A stretch of DNA of 64,000 nt, from assembly GCA_964545045.1 (NCBI GenBank), contig CAZJEN010000019.1, positions 743 through 64,742 of the forward strand, read 5' to 3'. The DNA is from an uncultured Lachnospiraceae bacterium (GTDB taxonomy: Bacteria > Bacillota > Clostridia > Lachnospirales > Lachnospiraceae). The first letter of the stretch is position 1, and each line of letters begins with the position of its first letter. The position numbers and the translations under genes are program-made. A model generated the notes under the pieces. It searched no databases and had not been told where the DNA came from. It saw nothing but the letters and a program-made list of their open reading frames with translations. Shown piece by piece: positions 9,328-19,077 of this stretch.

Positions 9328-10356
9328 TTATAAGTTTGATATCAGCGCATCATGGATGTCTTTGTTGATTTCACCGGAGACATCAAAGTTCATCTCTTTG
9401 TAGCTCCATACGGCCCTTGGAATCCGAAGCTCTTCAAGAGCGGTGTGGATGTCCTCAAACCAACGTAAGGTGCTTTCTCGGTCTGCATTATCGATAACGC
9501 CGTATTCGCCGCAATACATCGGGACATCAAATTTTTCGGCAATTTCCATGGCCGGAGCAAACAATCTTCTGAAATAGTCCGCGGATAAAACGTTATCTCC
9601 GAGGGTGTCGAATTCTGCGTCGAAATCGGTTCCGTAAACCATTGCAGACTCTGCACGGGTCTCGGCGGCGGTACGCGGATACGTGGTGTGGAAATCTCTC
9701 GGCATGGTCTTGATCCAACCTGCAGCCTGATGGGTGAAAATCATCGGACTGTAGCAGTGGAAGGTAAAGACAATATTCTCGTCTGCCGGAGCCTCTAACA
9801 GAGACAGTCCGTAAATACTGCTGTTATAGATACCACCGATAATAATCTTTTTCGCAGGAGCAAGGGTGCGGATTGCCGCGATGGTCTCTGCGGAAATCTT
9901 GTTCCACGGCTCTGCGGTGGAACGGTCTGTAACCTCGTTCAACAACTCAAAGGCAATGTTTTCATTATCACCGTAGCGTCTTGTAAACTCCATCCAAAGC
10001 TTGATAAACATATCCTGAAGTCCGCGGTCGGTGAAGAAATTGCAATAGGTTTCATCATCGAATACGTAACCGCAGGTTTTATGTAAATCCAAAACCAGCT
10101 TTAAACCGTTGGCTTCACACCATGCAATACAGTCATCGATATGACGGAAGCCGGATTCGATAAAGGAACCGTCCTCATTCTGTACTACATTGTAGTCTAC
10201 CGGGAGACGGACATGGTCCATGCCCCAGGAGGCAATCAAATCAATGTCTTTCTTCGTAATAAAGGTGCTGTAATGCTCTTCGTTGTACTTGTTACCGCAC
10301 TGGGAGAGCCAGCCTCCTAAATTAATACCCTTTAAATATCCCTTGAATTCTCGCAT
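9328..10356 (-). CDS. Glycoside hydrolase family 5 (cellulase-like)
   Basis: GINLGGWLSQ entry motif, acid/base FELLNEV, nucleophile region YCGEYG. Confidence 0.85.
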   Translation of the reverse strand: MREFKGYLKGINLGGWLSQCGNKYNEEHYSTFITKKDIDLIASWGMDHVRLPVDYNVVQNEDGSFIESGFRHIDDCIAWCEANGLKLVLDLHKTCGYVFDDETYCNFFTDRGLQDMFIKLWMEFTRRYGDNENIAFELLNEVTDRSTAEPWNKISAETIAAIRTLAPAKKIIIGGIYNSSIYGLSLLEAPADENIVFTFHCYSPMIFTHQAAGWIKTMPRDFHTTYPRTAAETRAESAMVYGTDFDAEFDTLGDNVLSADYFRRLFAPAMEIAEKFDVPMYCGEYGVIDNADRESTLRWFEDIHTALEELRIPRAVWSYKEMNFDVSGEINKDIHDALISNL

Positions 10357-10650
10357 ATGAATCGCTCCTTTCTAAAACCGACGTTTTCAGAATGTCGCGT
10401 ACAATATTCCATGTTTCAACGTCAGTATAGCACATTCTCATAAAAAGGATACAATAAAGTTGTGTTTTTTGTCAATGTGTTGTTATGAAGTTTGTGAACT
10501 TATTAATATTTTGGGAATGGAATGAACAGATTGTAAGCGCTATCATTGTAAGTTAACAGAAAAAGTGATACAATAAAATTGACTGCACAGGCAGAGAAAG
10601 TCGGAGAAAATCCGACATAGAGTGTTGGCTTTTGAAGGAGGATAGTCTGT

Positions 10651-13600
10651 ATGACAAAAAGGCGTCTTTGGAATGACGGGTGGGAGTTTGCGGAGAAGCA
10701 GATCGGTACCCCGGCAGAAGAGATTTTTATGGAAAAAGAGAGCTGGTTAGCGGTGGATTTGCCGCATGACTGGCTGATTTACGATGCAACGGATTTGTAC
10801 CGGGACGGTGAAGGCTGGTATAGAAAGAGTTTTTCCTATATGCCGTCAGAGGAGAGAGTGTCTTTACGGTTTGACGGTGTTTATATGAATTGTACCGTAT
10901 ATGTAAATGAGAAGCGGGTATACGACTGGAAATACGGATATTCTGCCTTTGAGTTTGATATAACGGATGCTTTATGGGCCGGAGAGAATACGGTTTATGT
11001 ACAGGTGCGGCATCAGAGTCCGAATTCCCGTTGGTATTCGGGTGCGGGGATTTACCGTAATGTCTGGTTTGTGTCCCGTCCGCAGGTACACTTGGCCAGT
11101 GACGGTGTGTATGCACATATTCTGGAGCACAACGGAGATTACGTTCTGACGGTAACTACGGAGGCGGAGTGCGGTGCCGGAACAAATCTGGGTGCTTTGG
11201 ACCTGTCCGATACGGCAGCGGCGTTCCGTGAGGGCGTTCCGGGGAATTTAGCTGCAGCCGGGGATGTGAGCGGTGTCAAAGTAAGACATACGGTTCTTTC
11301 ACCGGAGGGGGATGTGGTAACATGCAGTGAAGGTAGTCCGCTTGTGGGAGCCTTTGCAACCGATACCCAGGAGTTCTTTGTGAAGATACCGAAGGTGTGG
11401 GACATCGAGAATCCGGTGCTGTATACTTTGGTAACGGAGCTGGTAAAGGAGGAAGCTGTGGTGGATGAACTGAGACAGTCCATCGGTTTCCGTAAGCTTT
11501 TGTTTACGACGGAGCAAGGCCTTTTCTTAAACGGCAGACATATCAAGTTAAACGGTGTTTGCGAGCATCATGATTTGGGTTGCCTGGGTGCGGCATTTAA
11601 TAAAGCGGCATTACGCAGACAGTTTGAAAAGCTGAAGAAAATGGGTGTGAATGCCCTGCGTACTTCTCACAACATGCCGGCGAAGGAGTTTATGGAACTG
11701 GCGGATGAGATGGGCTTTTTGGTAGTGGCGGAGGCCTTTGACATGTGGGAGCGTCCGAAGACGCAGTACGATTATGCCCGCTTTTTAAAGGAATGGTATC
11801 CTGCGGATGTGGCAAGCTGGATTCGTCGTGACCGGAATCATCCGTCCCTTCTTATGTGGAGTATCGGTAATGAAATTTACGATACCCATGCGGATGAACA
11901 CGGATTGGAGATTACGAAATATTTGACGGAAGCAGTGCATACCCATGACCCGCGGGAGAATGCACCGGTGACCATCGGCTCCAATTATATGCCGTGGGAA
12001 AATGCACAGAAATGTGCGGATTATGTGAAGTATGCGGGCTATAACTACGGAGAGATGTGTTACGAGGAGCATCATAAGGCACATCCGGACTGGTACATTT
12101 ACGGCAGTGAGACCTGTTCCACGGTACAGAGCCGGGGCGTATACAAGTTCCCGTTTGAACAGTCTGTTTTGTGTGATGATGACGAGCAGTGTTCCTCTCT
12201 CGGAAATTGTACCACCAGCTGGGGAGCAAAGTCTACGGAGCAGTGTATTTATTCCGACAGAGATGCGAAGTTTTCTATGGGACACTTTATCTGGACCGGT
12301 TTTGACTATATCGGAGAGCCGACTCCGTACCATACGAAGAATTCTTACTTCGGGCAGATTGATACGGCGGGCTTTTTCAAGGACCAGGCCTATATGTATC
12401 AGGCGGAATGGACGGATTACAAGAAAGCTCCGATGGTACACATTTTCCCGTATTGGGACTTCTCTTTGGGACAGACGGTAGATGTGCGGATTTGCTCCAA
12501 TGCCCCACGGGTAGAGCTGTTTGTAAACGGTGTGTCTCAGGGAGTTTATGATATTGACCATGAGAACGGGAAGAAGCTTCTGGGGCATTGGCAGGTGCCT
12601 TATGTGCCGGGCGAGATTACAGCGGTGGCTTATGATGAAAACGGTGTCGAGATAGCGAGAGACACCGAGCATTCCTTCGGCGACCCGGCAAGGCTTGTGT
12701 TAAAGCCGGAAAGTACGGTGATGAAGGCAGACGGCAGAGATTTAATCTTTGTGGAAATCGGTACAGAGGATATGGACGGATATCCGGTAAAAAATGCCAC
12801 CAACCGTGTTCATATTTCTGTAGAAGGTGCGGGACGTCTGGTAGGTCTGGATAACGGCGACAGTACAGATTTCGATCATTATAAAGCAACCAGCCGGAGA
12901 ATGTTTTCCGGAAAGCTCCTGGCGGTAATCGCCGCAAAGAAGGAGCCGGGAGACATTGTGGTGAAGGCCACCTCTGTGGGACTTCCGGAGGCGTCGGTTA
13001 CGTTACGGGCAGAAGCTTCGGCGGTACCGGAGGGCGTGGCTGCGACGGAGGACAATGCGGTAGCGGAAGCAAGATGGCTTGCGAAGAAAGAAGAAGCATT
13101 TGTGGCACAATGGAAGAAACGTATGGCAGAGGAGGTTCCGGTACGTCGTATCGACATTGTGACGGAGGGAACGAACCGTTTGGATGCAGAGCGTAAGGAG
13201 GTAACTCTTACGGCAAAGGTATATCCGGAAAACGCTACCTATCAGGAAATTTTGTGGCGCGTGACCAACAACGGCGGTGTGGATTCCAACATTGCGAAAC
13301 TGGCCGATACGGAAACGGGAAAGACCTCCTTCAGCAAGGAAAGCGGACTTTCTTACGGCAAGAACGTTACGTTAACTGCGCTCGGTGACGGCGAGGTCAG
13401 AGTACGTTGTAATACGAAAAACGGCGGGGATAAGATTCGCTTGATTTCCGATATGGACTTTGAGATTTCCGGTATCGGAACGGCATTTATCAATCCGTAC
13501 GAGCTGGTATCCGGTAGCCTGTACAGCCGGTATGACGGCGTGGTAACCAACGGAAACGAAAGAGGCGTGGCTACCGCCAGAGACGGGAAGACCACGGTGA

Positions 13601-14244
13601 CCTTTGATAACGTGGATTTCGGTGCTTTCGGCTCCGATGAAATCACATTACCGATTTTTGAACTTGGAAACCAACCGGTTGCCATCGAAATTTGGGAAGG
13701 AGCGCCACAGGATGCGGGAAGTATCCTTGTGGATACGGTCATCTATCATGTGCCGTCGATTTGGAATACTTACCAGGAGCGTACTTATAAACTTCCAAAG
13801 AGGTTCAAAGGCGTTACAAGCATCAGCTTTGTAACGGAGCATAAGATACATTTGAAGGGCTTTGTGTTTGCAAAGAAAGAGAAGGCCTTTGAAACTCTTT
13901 CCGTAAAGGAAAATTCATCCATTTACGGCGATACTTTTACGGTGGAAGAGGATGCCATTACCGGTATCGGTAACAACGTGACCGTAGTATTTGAGGATAT
14001 GAATTTCGGAGAAAAGGGAGCGGCGAAGCTGACAATTTGCGGTAAGAGCCGTTTGCCTGTGAATTCCATCCATGTGCGTTTTAACACGGAGCATGGTGAT
14101 GTGAACGAAGTGGCGGAATTTGCCTGGGCAGATGAGTATACGGAGAGAGTTTTTGAATTTTCTAAGGTAACCGGAAAAGCAACGGTAAACTTTGTGTTCC
14201 TGCCGGGATGTGACTTTGACTTTCAGTGGTTCCGCTTTGAGTAG
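10651..14244 (+). CDS. Glycoside hydrolase family 2 (beta-galactosidase/glucuronidase-like) with C-terminal accessory/carbohydrate-binding-like domains
   Basis: RBS GAAGGAGG. GH2 N-terminal pattern (WEFAEKQ...LPHDW), TIM-barrel motifs (HHDLG, RTSHNMP, WSIGNE) and a 1197-aa length. Confidence 0.85.
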   Translation: MTKRRLWNDGWEFAEKQIGTPAEEIFMEKESWLAVDLPHDWLIYDATDLYRDGEGWYRKSFSYMPSEERVSLRFDGVYMNCTVYVNEKRVYDWKYGYSAFEFDITDALWAGENTVYVQVRHQSPNSRWYSGAGIYRNVWFVSRPQVHLASDGVYAHILEHNGDYVLTVTTEAECGAGTNLGALDLSDTAAAFREGVPGNLAAAGDVSGVKVRHTVLSPEGDVVTCSEGSPLVGAFATDTQEFFVKIPKVWDIENPVLYTLVTELVKEEAVVDELRQSIGFRKLLFTTEQGLFLNGRHIKLNGVCEHHDLGCLGAAFNKAALRRQFEKLKKMGVNALRTSHNMPAKEFMELADEMGFLVVAEAFDMWERPKTQYDYARFLKEWYPADVASWIRRDRNHPSLLMWSIGNEIYDTHADEHGLEITKYLTEAVHTHDPRENAPVTIGSNYMPWENAQKCADYVKYAGYNYGEMCYEEHHKAHPDWYIYGSETCSTVQSRGVYKFPFEQSVLCDDDEQCSSLGNCTTSWGAKSTEQCIYSDRDAKFSMGHFIWTGFDYIGEPTPYHTKNSYFGQIDTAGFFKDQAYMYQAEWTDYKKAPMVHIFPYWDFSLGQTVDVRICSNAPRVELFVNGVSQGVYDIDHENGKKLLGHWQVPYVPGEITAVAYDENGVEIARDTEHSFGDPARLVLKPESTVMKADGRDLIFVEIGTEDMDGYPVKNATNRVHISVEGAGRLVGLDNGDSTDFDHYKATSRRMFSGKLLAVIAAKKEPGDIVVKATSVGLPEASVTLRAEASAVPEGVAATEDNAVAEARWLAKKEEAFVAQWKKRMAEEVPVRRIDIVTEGTNRLDAERKEVTLTAKVYPENATYQEILWRVTNNGGVDSNIAKLADTETGKTSFSKESGLSYGKNVTLTALGDGEVRVRCNTKNGGDKIRLISDMDFEISGIGTAFINPYELVSGSLYSRYDGVVTNGNERGVATARDGKTTVTFDNVDFGAFGSDEITLPIFELGNQPVAIEIWEGAPQDAGSILVDTVIYHVPSIWNTYQERTYKLPKRFKGVTSISFVTEHKIHLKGFVFAKKEKAFETLSVKENSSIYGDTFTVEEDAITGIGNNVTVVFEDMNFGEKGAAKLTICGKSRLPVNSIHVRFNTEHGDVNEVAEFAWADEYTERVFEFSKVTGKATVNFVFLPGCDFDFQWFRFE

Positions 14245-14414
14245 CGCGGCGTCCCATTCTTGCAAGTGGGAGGTTTGCTAAGACCGAAAAGACGAACAGA
14301 GGAATATCTTTCTTGCTGAGCGCAACGCCTCGTCAATCTTCCTCTGCCCGTTTTTCGGTTTAGGCAAGTCCTCGGACACTTGCAAGAATTCGCCACACCC
14401 GAAGCCGCCGCGCT
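14243..14414. repeat. Long imperfect extragenic palindrome C (~172 nt)
   Basis: Arms share AGCGCGGCG, CTTGCAAGTG and TTGC(T/C)TAA(G/A)ACCGAAAA(G/A)ACG..CAGAGGAA in inverted orientation. Starts in the GH2 stop codon and ends before the GH2 terminator. Confidence 0.6.
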
Positions 14415-14424
14415 TTAAATTAGA

Positions 14425-14470
14425 GAGGAGTTGTTCTCTTATACAGAGTTCAACGCCTCTTTTTCTTTAT
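14425..14470 (+). terminator. Rho-independent terminator of the GH2 gene
   Basis: GAGGAGTTG ... CAACGCCTC followed by TTTTTCTTTATGTTTTTTTT. Confidence 0.65.
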
Positions 14471-14603
14471 GTTTTTTTTACGGAAATTTGTCTTGGCTTT
14501 ACAGAGATTTAACACCCTTTTCCTGTATACTAAACTTGTCCGCGTATAACGAAAGCGTGGAAAACAGAAAACCGGTCGCAGACCGGCTTTAGGAGGATTG
14601 TAC

Positions 14604-15656
14604 ATGAATATTTCGTTTTCTTACTTCTGGGAGCAGATGTTGGCAAATCCGGTGCTGTTAATTGCGGTGCTGTTGACGCTGGGGGTTATTTTTGTAAACG
14701 GCTGGACCGATGCCCCGAATGCTATTGCCACTTGTGTTGCTACACGAAGTATGCCGGCAGGAGCAGCAATTTTGATGTCGGCGGTATGTAACTTTTTAGG
14801 TGTGCTGGTAATGTCTCTGGTGAATACTACGGTGGCCATGACCATCAAGAACATGGTGAATTTCAACGGAGATAACCGGAAGGCACTGATTGCCCTGTGC
14901 GCCGCCATGTTTGCTATTGTGGTATGGGCGGTGGCAGCCTGGTATTTCGGAATTCCTACCAGCGAAAGTCATGCGCTCATTGCGGGGTTGTCCGGAGCGG
15001 CGATTTCCCTACAGGGAGGTCTTTCCGGTATTAATCCGGCAGAGTGGATGAAGGTTGTCTACGGATTAGGGCTTTCCAGTATTCTGGGCTTTGCATCCGG
15101 ATACGGGGCTTCAAAGATGACTATTTTTCTTTGCAAAAACATGGAACGTCGGAAGACCAACAAGTTCTTTACGGGAGCACAGATTGCGGGTAGTGCGGCA
15201 ACTTCTTTTATGCATGGAGCTCAGGACGGACAAAAGTTTATGGGCGTGCTTTTGCTGGCACTGTTTTTGGTAAACGGGTCCGATACAACCACGGCAGTGC
15301 AGCCTCCGTTTTGGATGATGCTTTTGTGTTCCGTGGTTATGGGACTGGGAACCTCCATCGGAGGAAAGAAGATTATTAAGTCCGTCGGTATGGATATGGT
15401 GCGTCTGGAGAAATTCCAAGGGTTTTCCGCGGATATTGCGGCGAGCTTTTGTTTGTTTTTATCTTCCGCCTTCGGTATTCCGGTCAGTACGACCCATACG
15501 AAGACTACAGCGATTATGGGTGTCGGTGCGGTAAAGCGTCTCTCGGCCATCAATTTCGGAGTGGTGAAAGAGATGGTGCTGACCTGGATATTGACTTTTC
15601 CGGGATGCGGACTCATCGGATTTTTGATGGCTCAGTTATTTATGGTATTGGCATAA
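14604..15656 (+). CDS. Inorganic phosphate transporter, PiT family
   Basis: AGGAGG 7 nt upstream of ATG 14604 (the track start 14598 is TTG); NGWTDAPNAIAT motif; polytopic. Confidence 0.9.
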   Translation: MNISFSYFWEQMLANPVLLIAVLLTLGVIFVNGWTDAPNAIATCVATRSMPAGAAILMSAVCNFLGVLVMSLVNTTVAMTIKNMVNFNGDNRKALIALCAAMFAIVVWAVAAWYFGIPTSESHALIAGLSGAAISLQGGLSGINPAEWMKVVYGLGLSSILGFASGYGASKMTIFLCKNMERRKTNKFFTGAQIAGSAATSFMHGAQDGQKFMGVLLLALFLVNGSDTTTAVQPPFWMMLLCSVVMGLGTSIGGKKIIKSVGMDMVRLEKFQGFSADIAASFCLFLSSAFGIPVSTTHTKTTAIMGVGAVKRLSAINFGVVKEMVLTWILTFPGCGLIGFLMAQLFMVLA

Positions 15657-15712
15657 GGAGAGTTTGGAATAAGACAATTGTAGAGAACATAGAGTGAAAA
15701 GGAGAACAGATT

Positions 15713-16336
15713 ATGGCAAAAAAAGGTGACCGTTACTATTTTGATAATTTTATTGCATGTGTGGAGTGCTCCCACCGTGCGGCAATGTTGCTTGGGGAGA
15801 CCTTAAAGAATTATTCTAAGGCGGACATGGCAAAGAAGCGGGAGCAGATTCATGAAATCGAGCATGAGGCGGATATGAAAAAGCATGAGTTGATGCACAT
15901 GTTAAACAAGGCGTTTATTACGCCGATCGAGCGTGAGGATATTGTTTCTTTGGCGCAGAATCTGGATGATATTACGGATACCATTGAAGATGTATTTTTG
16001 CGGATTTACATTTGCGATATCGATAAGGTAAAGCAGAACGCAATTGAAATGACTGACCTTGTGATTGCGGCCTGTGATGCCCTTAAGACTGCTATGGAGG
16101 AGTTTCCGGAGTTCCGCAAATCTACGAAACTGAAGGAGTATTTGATTCGCATCAATGACTTGGAGGAAAAGGGCGATCAGCTTTATATCGAAGGCATGCG
16201 TGCGCTTCATACCGGTGGAGAGGCTGCGTTGACAGTCATTGCATGGCGTGATATTTATTCCTATCTGGAGCGTTGTATGGATGCTTGTGAGCATGCGGCG
16301 GATATTGTGGAAGCAGTGATTATGAAGAATTCGTAG
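15713..16336 (+). CDS. DUF47 / PhoU-like phosphate-transport accessory protein
   Basis: 207-aa helical protein directly after the Pit gene; the family is typically paired with PiT. Confidence 0.8.
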   Translation: MAKKGDRYYFDNFIACVECSHRAAMLLGETLKNYSKADMAKKREQIHEIEHEADMKKHELMHMLNKAFITPIEREDIVSLAQNLDDITDTIEDVFLRIYICDIDKVKQNAIEMTDLVIAACDALKTAMEEFPEFRKSTKLKEYLIRINDLEEKGDQLYIEGMRALHTGGEAALTVIAWRDIYSYLERCMDACEHAADIVEAVIMKNS

Positions 16337-16338
16337 GA

Positions 16339-17244
16339 GTGTTTGTCAATAAAAGCTGTGTGAAGAGAAATGTTGGAATCGGAGGTAGAAAGCAGTTGGA
16401 AGTGTTTTTTAAGGGGCTGTGGATCGGAGGAACCATGACGGTGCCGGGGGTATCCGGAGGAACCATGGCTATATTGGTCGGTATTTATGACCGGCTCATC
16501 GGAGCGGTCAGCGGACTGATTCCGAAGAGAAGCGAAGGAAAGGTGTGTTGGAAGGAATATCGAAAGGGTGCCTTGTACAATCTTCTGTTCCTGACGGTTT
16601 TTCTGCTCGGTGCGGGCTTGGGAATGCTCTTGTTTGCAAAGGTGATTTCAGGCCTTTTGGAACAGCCGGTAGCCGGCGGATATGTACGGTTTTTCTTCCT
16701 TGGTGCGGTGGCAGGCGGAATTCCGTTGATTCTGGCTTCCGCAAAGGTAAAAAAGTTTTCGATATGGCTGATTGTACTTCCGGTAATCGGTGCGGGCTTG
16801 GTGTACGGACTGACTTTTTTGCCGGAGGAGATGTTTTCCCTGGAGGCGGCAGGCGGCGTAGGTGCGTTTTTACTGAAGCTTGCGGGCGGTATTATTCTGG
16901 CCATTGCGTTGGTGCTGCCGGGAGTGAGTGCATCCCAGATGCTTTATACTTTGGGGATTTATGAAGAACTTCTTTCCTGTATCAGTGATTTTGAACTTGT
17001 ACCGTTGATTCCGCTGGGAATCGGTACGGTTCTGGGAATTTTATTGGTTACAAAGACATTGGATATGCTGATGAGTAAGTACCCGAAGCAGACGTTCTTA
17101 ATTATCTTCGGATTTATTTTGGGTTCCTTGCCGGAACTGTTTCCGCAGGACGCGGCGGGGAACTATCTGCTGTGCGGGGTATGTGTGGCGGCTGGATTTT
17201 TGTTGGCGTATGCAATTGGAAGAAGGGAGAGAGAAAAGGAATAA
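16339..17244 (+). CDS. DUF368 family membrane protein (family implicated in undecaprenyl-phosphate recycling)
   Basis: VPGVSGGTMAILVGIYDRLI motif; polytopic. Start uncertain (GTG 16339 or TTG 16396 after GGAGG). Confidence 0.8.
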   Translation: MFVNKSCVKRNVGIGGRKQLEVFFKGLWIGGTMTVPGVSGGTMAILVGIYDRLIGAVSGLIPKRSEGKVCWKEYRKGALYNLLFLTVFLLGAGLGMLLFAKVISGLLEQPVAGGYVRFFFLGAVAGGIPLILASAKVKKFSIWLIVLPVIGAGLVYGLTFLPEEMFSLEAAGGVGAFLLKLAGGIILAIALVLPGVSASQMLYTLGIYEELLSCISDFELVPLIPLGIGTVLGILLVTKTLDMLMSKYPKQTFLIIFGFILGSLPELFPQDAAGNYLLCGVCVAAGFLLAYAIGRREREKE

Positions 17245-17246
17245 TT

Positions 17247-17432
17247 CTATGCCCGTTTATCCCAAATCTTCTTTCCGGTGGATATAATTCCGAAACAGCC
17301 GGCAAGAAGAAAGTATACAAGGGCAGTTTCTCCCTGATATACTTTTACAAATCCGTATAGGAGAAACAGTAAGGAAATCAAGGAAAGAACGGTACTCAAA
17401 ACTGCAGTTATTTTTTTTAGTCGATGATGCAT
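17247..17432 (-). CDS. Small two-helix membrane protein, function unknown
   Basis: 61-aa ORF with AGGAGG 8 nt upstream of the ATG. Confidence 0.5.
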   Translation of the reverse strand: MHHRLKKITAVLSTVLSLISLLFLLYGFVKVYQGETALVYFLLAGCFGIISTGKKIWDKRA

Positions 17433-17470
17433 TCGTTAAGCCTCCTGAAAGAAAATCATATAGGATTGAC

Positions 17471-17500
17471 AAAGGGCCGCGTTTTACACGCAGCCCTTTT
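17471..17500. terminator. Bidirectional terminator downstream of the decarboxylase genes
   Basis: AAAGGGCCGCG-TTTTACA-CGCAGCCCTTTTG. Confidence 0.6.
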
Positions 17501-17531
17501 GTATGTTTGGTATTTTATCAAAAGTATTTCT

Positions 17532-17672
17532 TTATTCGGCATCCTTCTTCTTGCCGGTCTTAGAAAGCAGGAATACCACAATCATAACGATGATGATGGT
17601 TGCGAAAATACCGAGCATACCTTTTCCCATGATTTCCAGGGTGTCCATTACATTATCCCAATTGATATTCAT
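17532..17672 (-). CDS. OadG-like small membrane subunit (46 aa, absent from the ORF track)
   Basis: GGAGG 7 nt upstream of the ATG, immediately after the beta-subunit stop. Translation MNINWDNVMDTLEIMGKGMLGIFATIIIVMIVVFLLSKTGKKKDAE. Confidence 0.6.
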   Translation of the reverse strand: MNINWDNVMDTLEIMGKGMLGIFATIIIVMIVVFLLSKTGKKKDAE

Positions 17673-17684
17673 CACAGCACCTCC

Positions 17685-18818
17685 TTATAACATACCGAGA
17701 ACAAGCTTGATAACGAGACCGCCCGCAACTGCGGAAGCAATCTGACCTGCTACGTTTGCGCCTGCCGCATGCATCAGGATGATGTTACCCGGCTCTTCCT
17801 TCTGTGCCATCTTCTGAACCACACGGGAAGCCATCGGGAATGCGGAAATACCGGCTGCACCGACCATCGGGTTGATCTTGTTCTTACGGAACAGGTTCAT
17901 GAACTTCGCAAGCATAACGCCGCCGATGGTATCGAAAATGAATGCAACGAGACCGATGACCATAATCAGTAAGGTATCTACCTTTACGAAATCCTCTGCG
18001 CGCATGCTGAAGGAAATGGTAAGACCGAGAAGCAGGGTGATTAAATTTGCAAGGTTGTTCTGAGCGGTATCGGACATGGTGCCGAGCACACCGCACTCAC
18101 GCAGTAAGTTACCGAACATCAGGAAACCTACCAGGGAAACAGACTGCGGGGAAATAAAGCCGACTACAAAGGTAACGATAATCGGGAACAAGATACGGGT
18201 TACCTTGGAAACGTTCTTCGGATTGTATTCCATATGGATCCGGCGTTCTTTTTTCGTCGTGGTAAGCTTGATTACCGCCGGCTGAATAATCGGAACCAGT
18301 GCCATGTAGGAATATGCCGCAACGGCAATTGCACCGACGTACTTGGACTTTAATACCTGAGATACCAAAATCGCAGTCGGACCGTCCGCAGCACCGATGA
18401 TACCGATGGAAGCAGCGTCCTTTAAGTCGAAACCGAAAATTGCCGCAAGAGTGATGGCAAAGAAAATACCGAACTGTGCCGCACCGCCGAATAAGAACAT
18501 GGACGGATTGGAAAGCAGCGGTCCGAAGTCAATCATTGCACCGATACCGATGAACAAAAGAATCGGCATTGCCTCGGAAGCATGAATACCGACTTCGAAT
18601 AACCATTCAATGATACCGGCAGCTTCCACACCCTCGATGGTCTGGTCTAACACAGACGTGAACGGGAAGTTAACAAGAATCGCACCGAAGCCCATCGGAA
18701 CCAAGAGGGACGGCTCGTATTCCTTTTTGATACCCAGCCAGATGAGCAGGGCACCGATTGCGTACATGACACACTGCTGCCAGGTGACAGACATGATGCC
18801 TTCGATTAAGAAATCCAT
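17685..18818 (-). CDS. Sodium-ion-translocating decarboxylase beta subunit (OadB/GcdB/MmdB family)
   Basis: 377-aa polytopic protein; N-terminus and length typical of the family; RBS AAAGGAGAG. Confidence 0.85.
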   Translation of the reverse strand: MDFLIEGIMSVTWQQCVMYAIGALLIWLGIKKEYEPSLLVPMGFGAILVNFPFTSVLDQTIEGVEAAGIIEWLFEVGIHASEAMPILLFIGIGAMIDFGPLLSNPSMFLFGGAAQFGIFFAITLAAIFGFDLKDAASIGIIGAADGPTAILVSQVLKSKYVGAIAVAAYSYMALVPIIQPAVIKLTTTKKERRIHMEYNPKNVSKVTRILFPIIVTFVVGFISPQSVSLVGFLMFGNLLRECGVLGTMSDTAQNNLANLITLLLGLTISFSMRAEDFVKVDTLLIMVIGLVAFIFDTIGGVMLAKFMNLFRKNKINPMVGAAGISAFPMASRVVQKMAQKEEPGNIILMHAAGANVAGQIASAVAGGLVIKLVLGML

Positions 18819-18850
18819 AGTTTCTCTCCTTTGAGTATGATAGTAGAGTA

Positions 18851-19000
18851 GCGCAAAAGAAAAAGACCTCTGTCACAACGAATCCAATGTTGTAACAAAA
18901 GTCTTGCCATTTCAATTCCGAGCGGATTGCTTTCAATCGTTCTGACGCAACGGAATGCACATAAGTGCCGGCTACTCCCTTTTGAGTACCTAACATATTA
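18851..19000 (-). promoter_or_regulatory. Structured 5' leader with an intrinsic terminator (candidate riboswitch/attenuator) upstream of the decarboxylase beta subunit
   Basis: On the minus strand, a 17-bp stem AAGACUUUUGUUACAAC / GUUGUGACAGAGGUCUU (18863-18905) is followed by UUUCUUUUG, about 30 nt before the RBS. A ~90-nt multi-hairpin region precedes it. Confidence 0.5.
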
Positions 19001-19077
19001 ATTATATAATAATTTTGTAAAAAAAGCTAGTACTTTTTATGTTAAGGGGGTGCTAAGAAAAGCGGGGTACAATCAAT

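Noticed and set aside
11785-12672. 295-aa ORF on the minus strand
   Set aside because: It is entirely antisense to the well-supported GH2 gene, has no RBS, and has an Arg/His/Pro/Leu-rich composition typical of antisense read-through of a GC-biased coding frame.
16545-16964. 139-aa alternative-frame ORF within the DUF368 gene
   Set aside because: It is out of frame with a recognisable membrane protein and is Gly/Arg/Cys-rich, which points to a GC-frame artefact.
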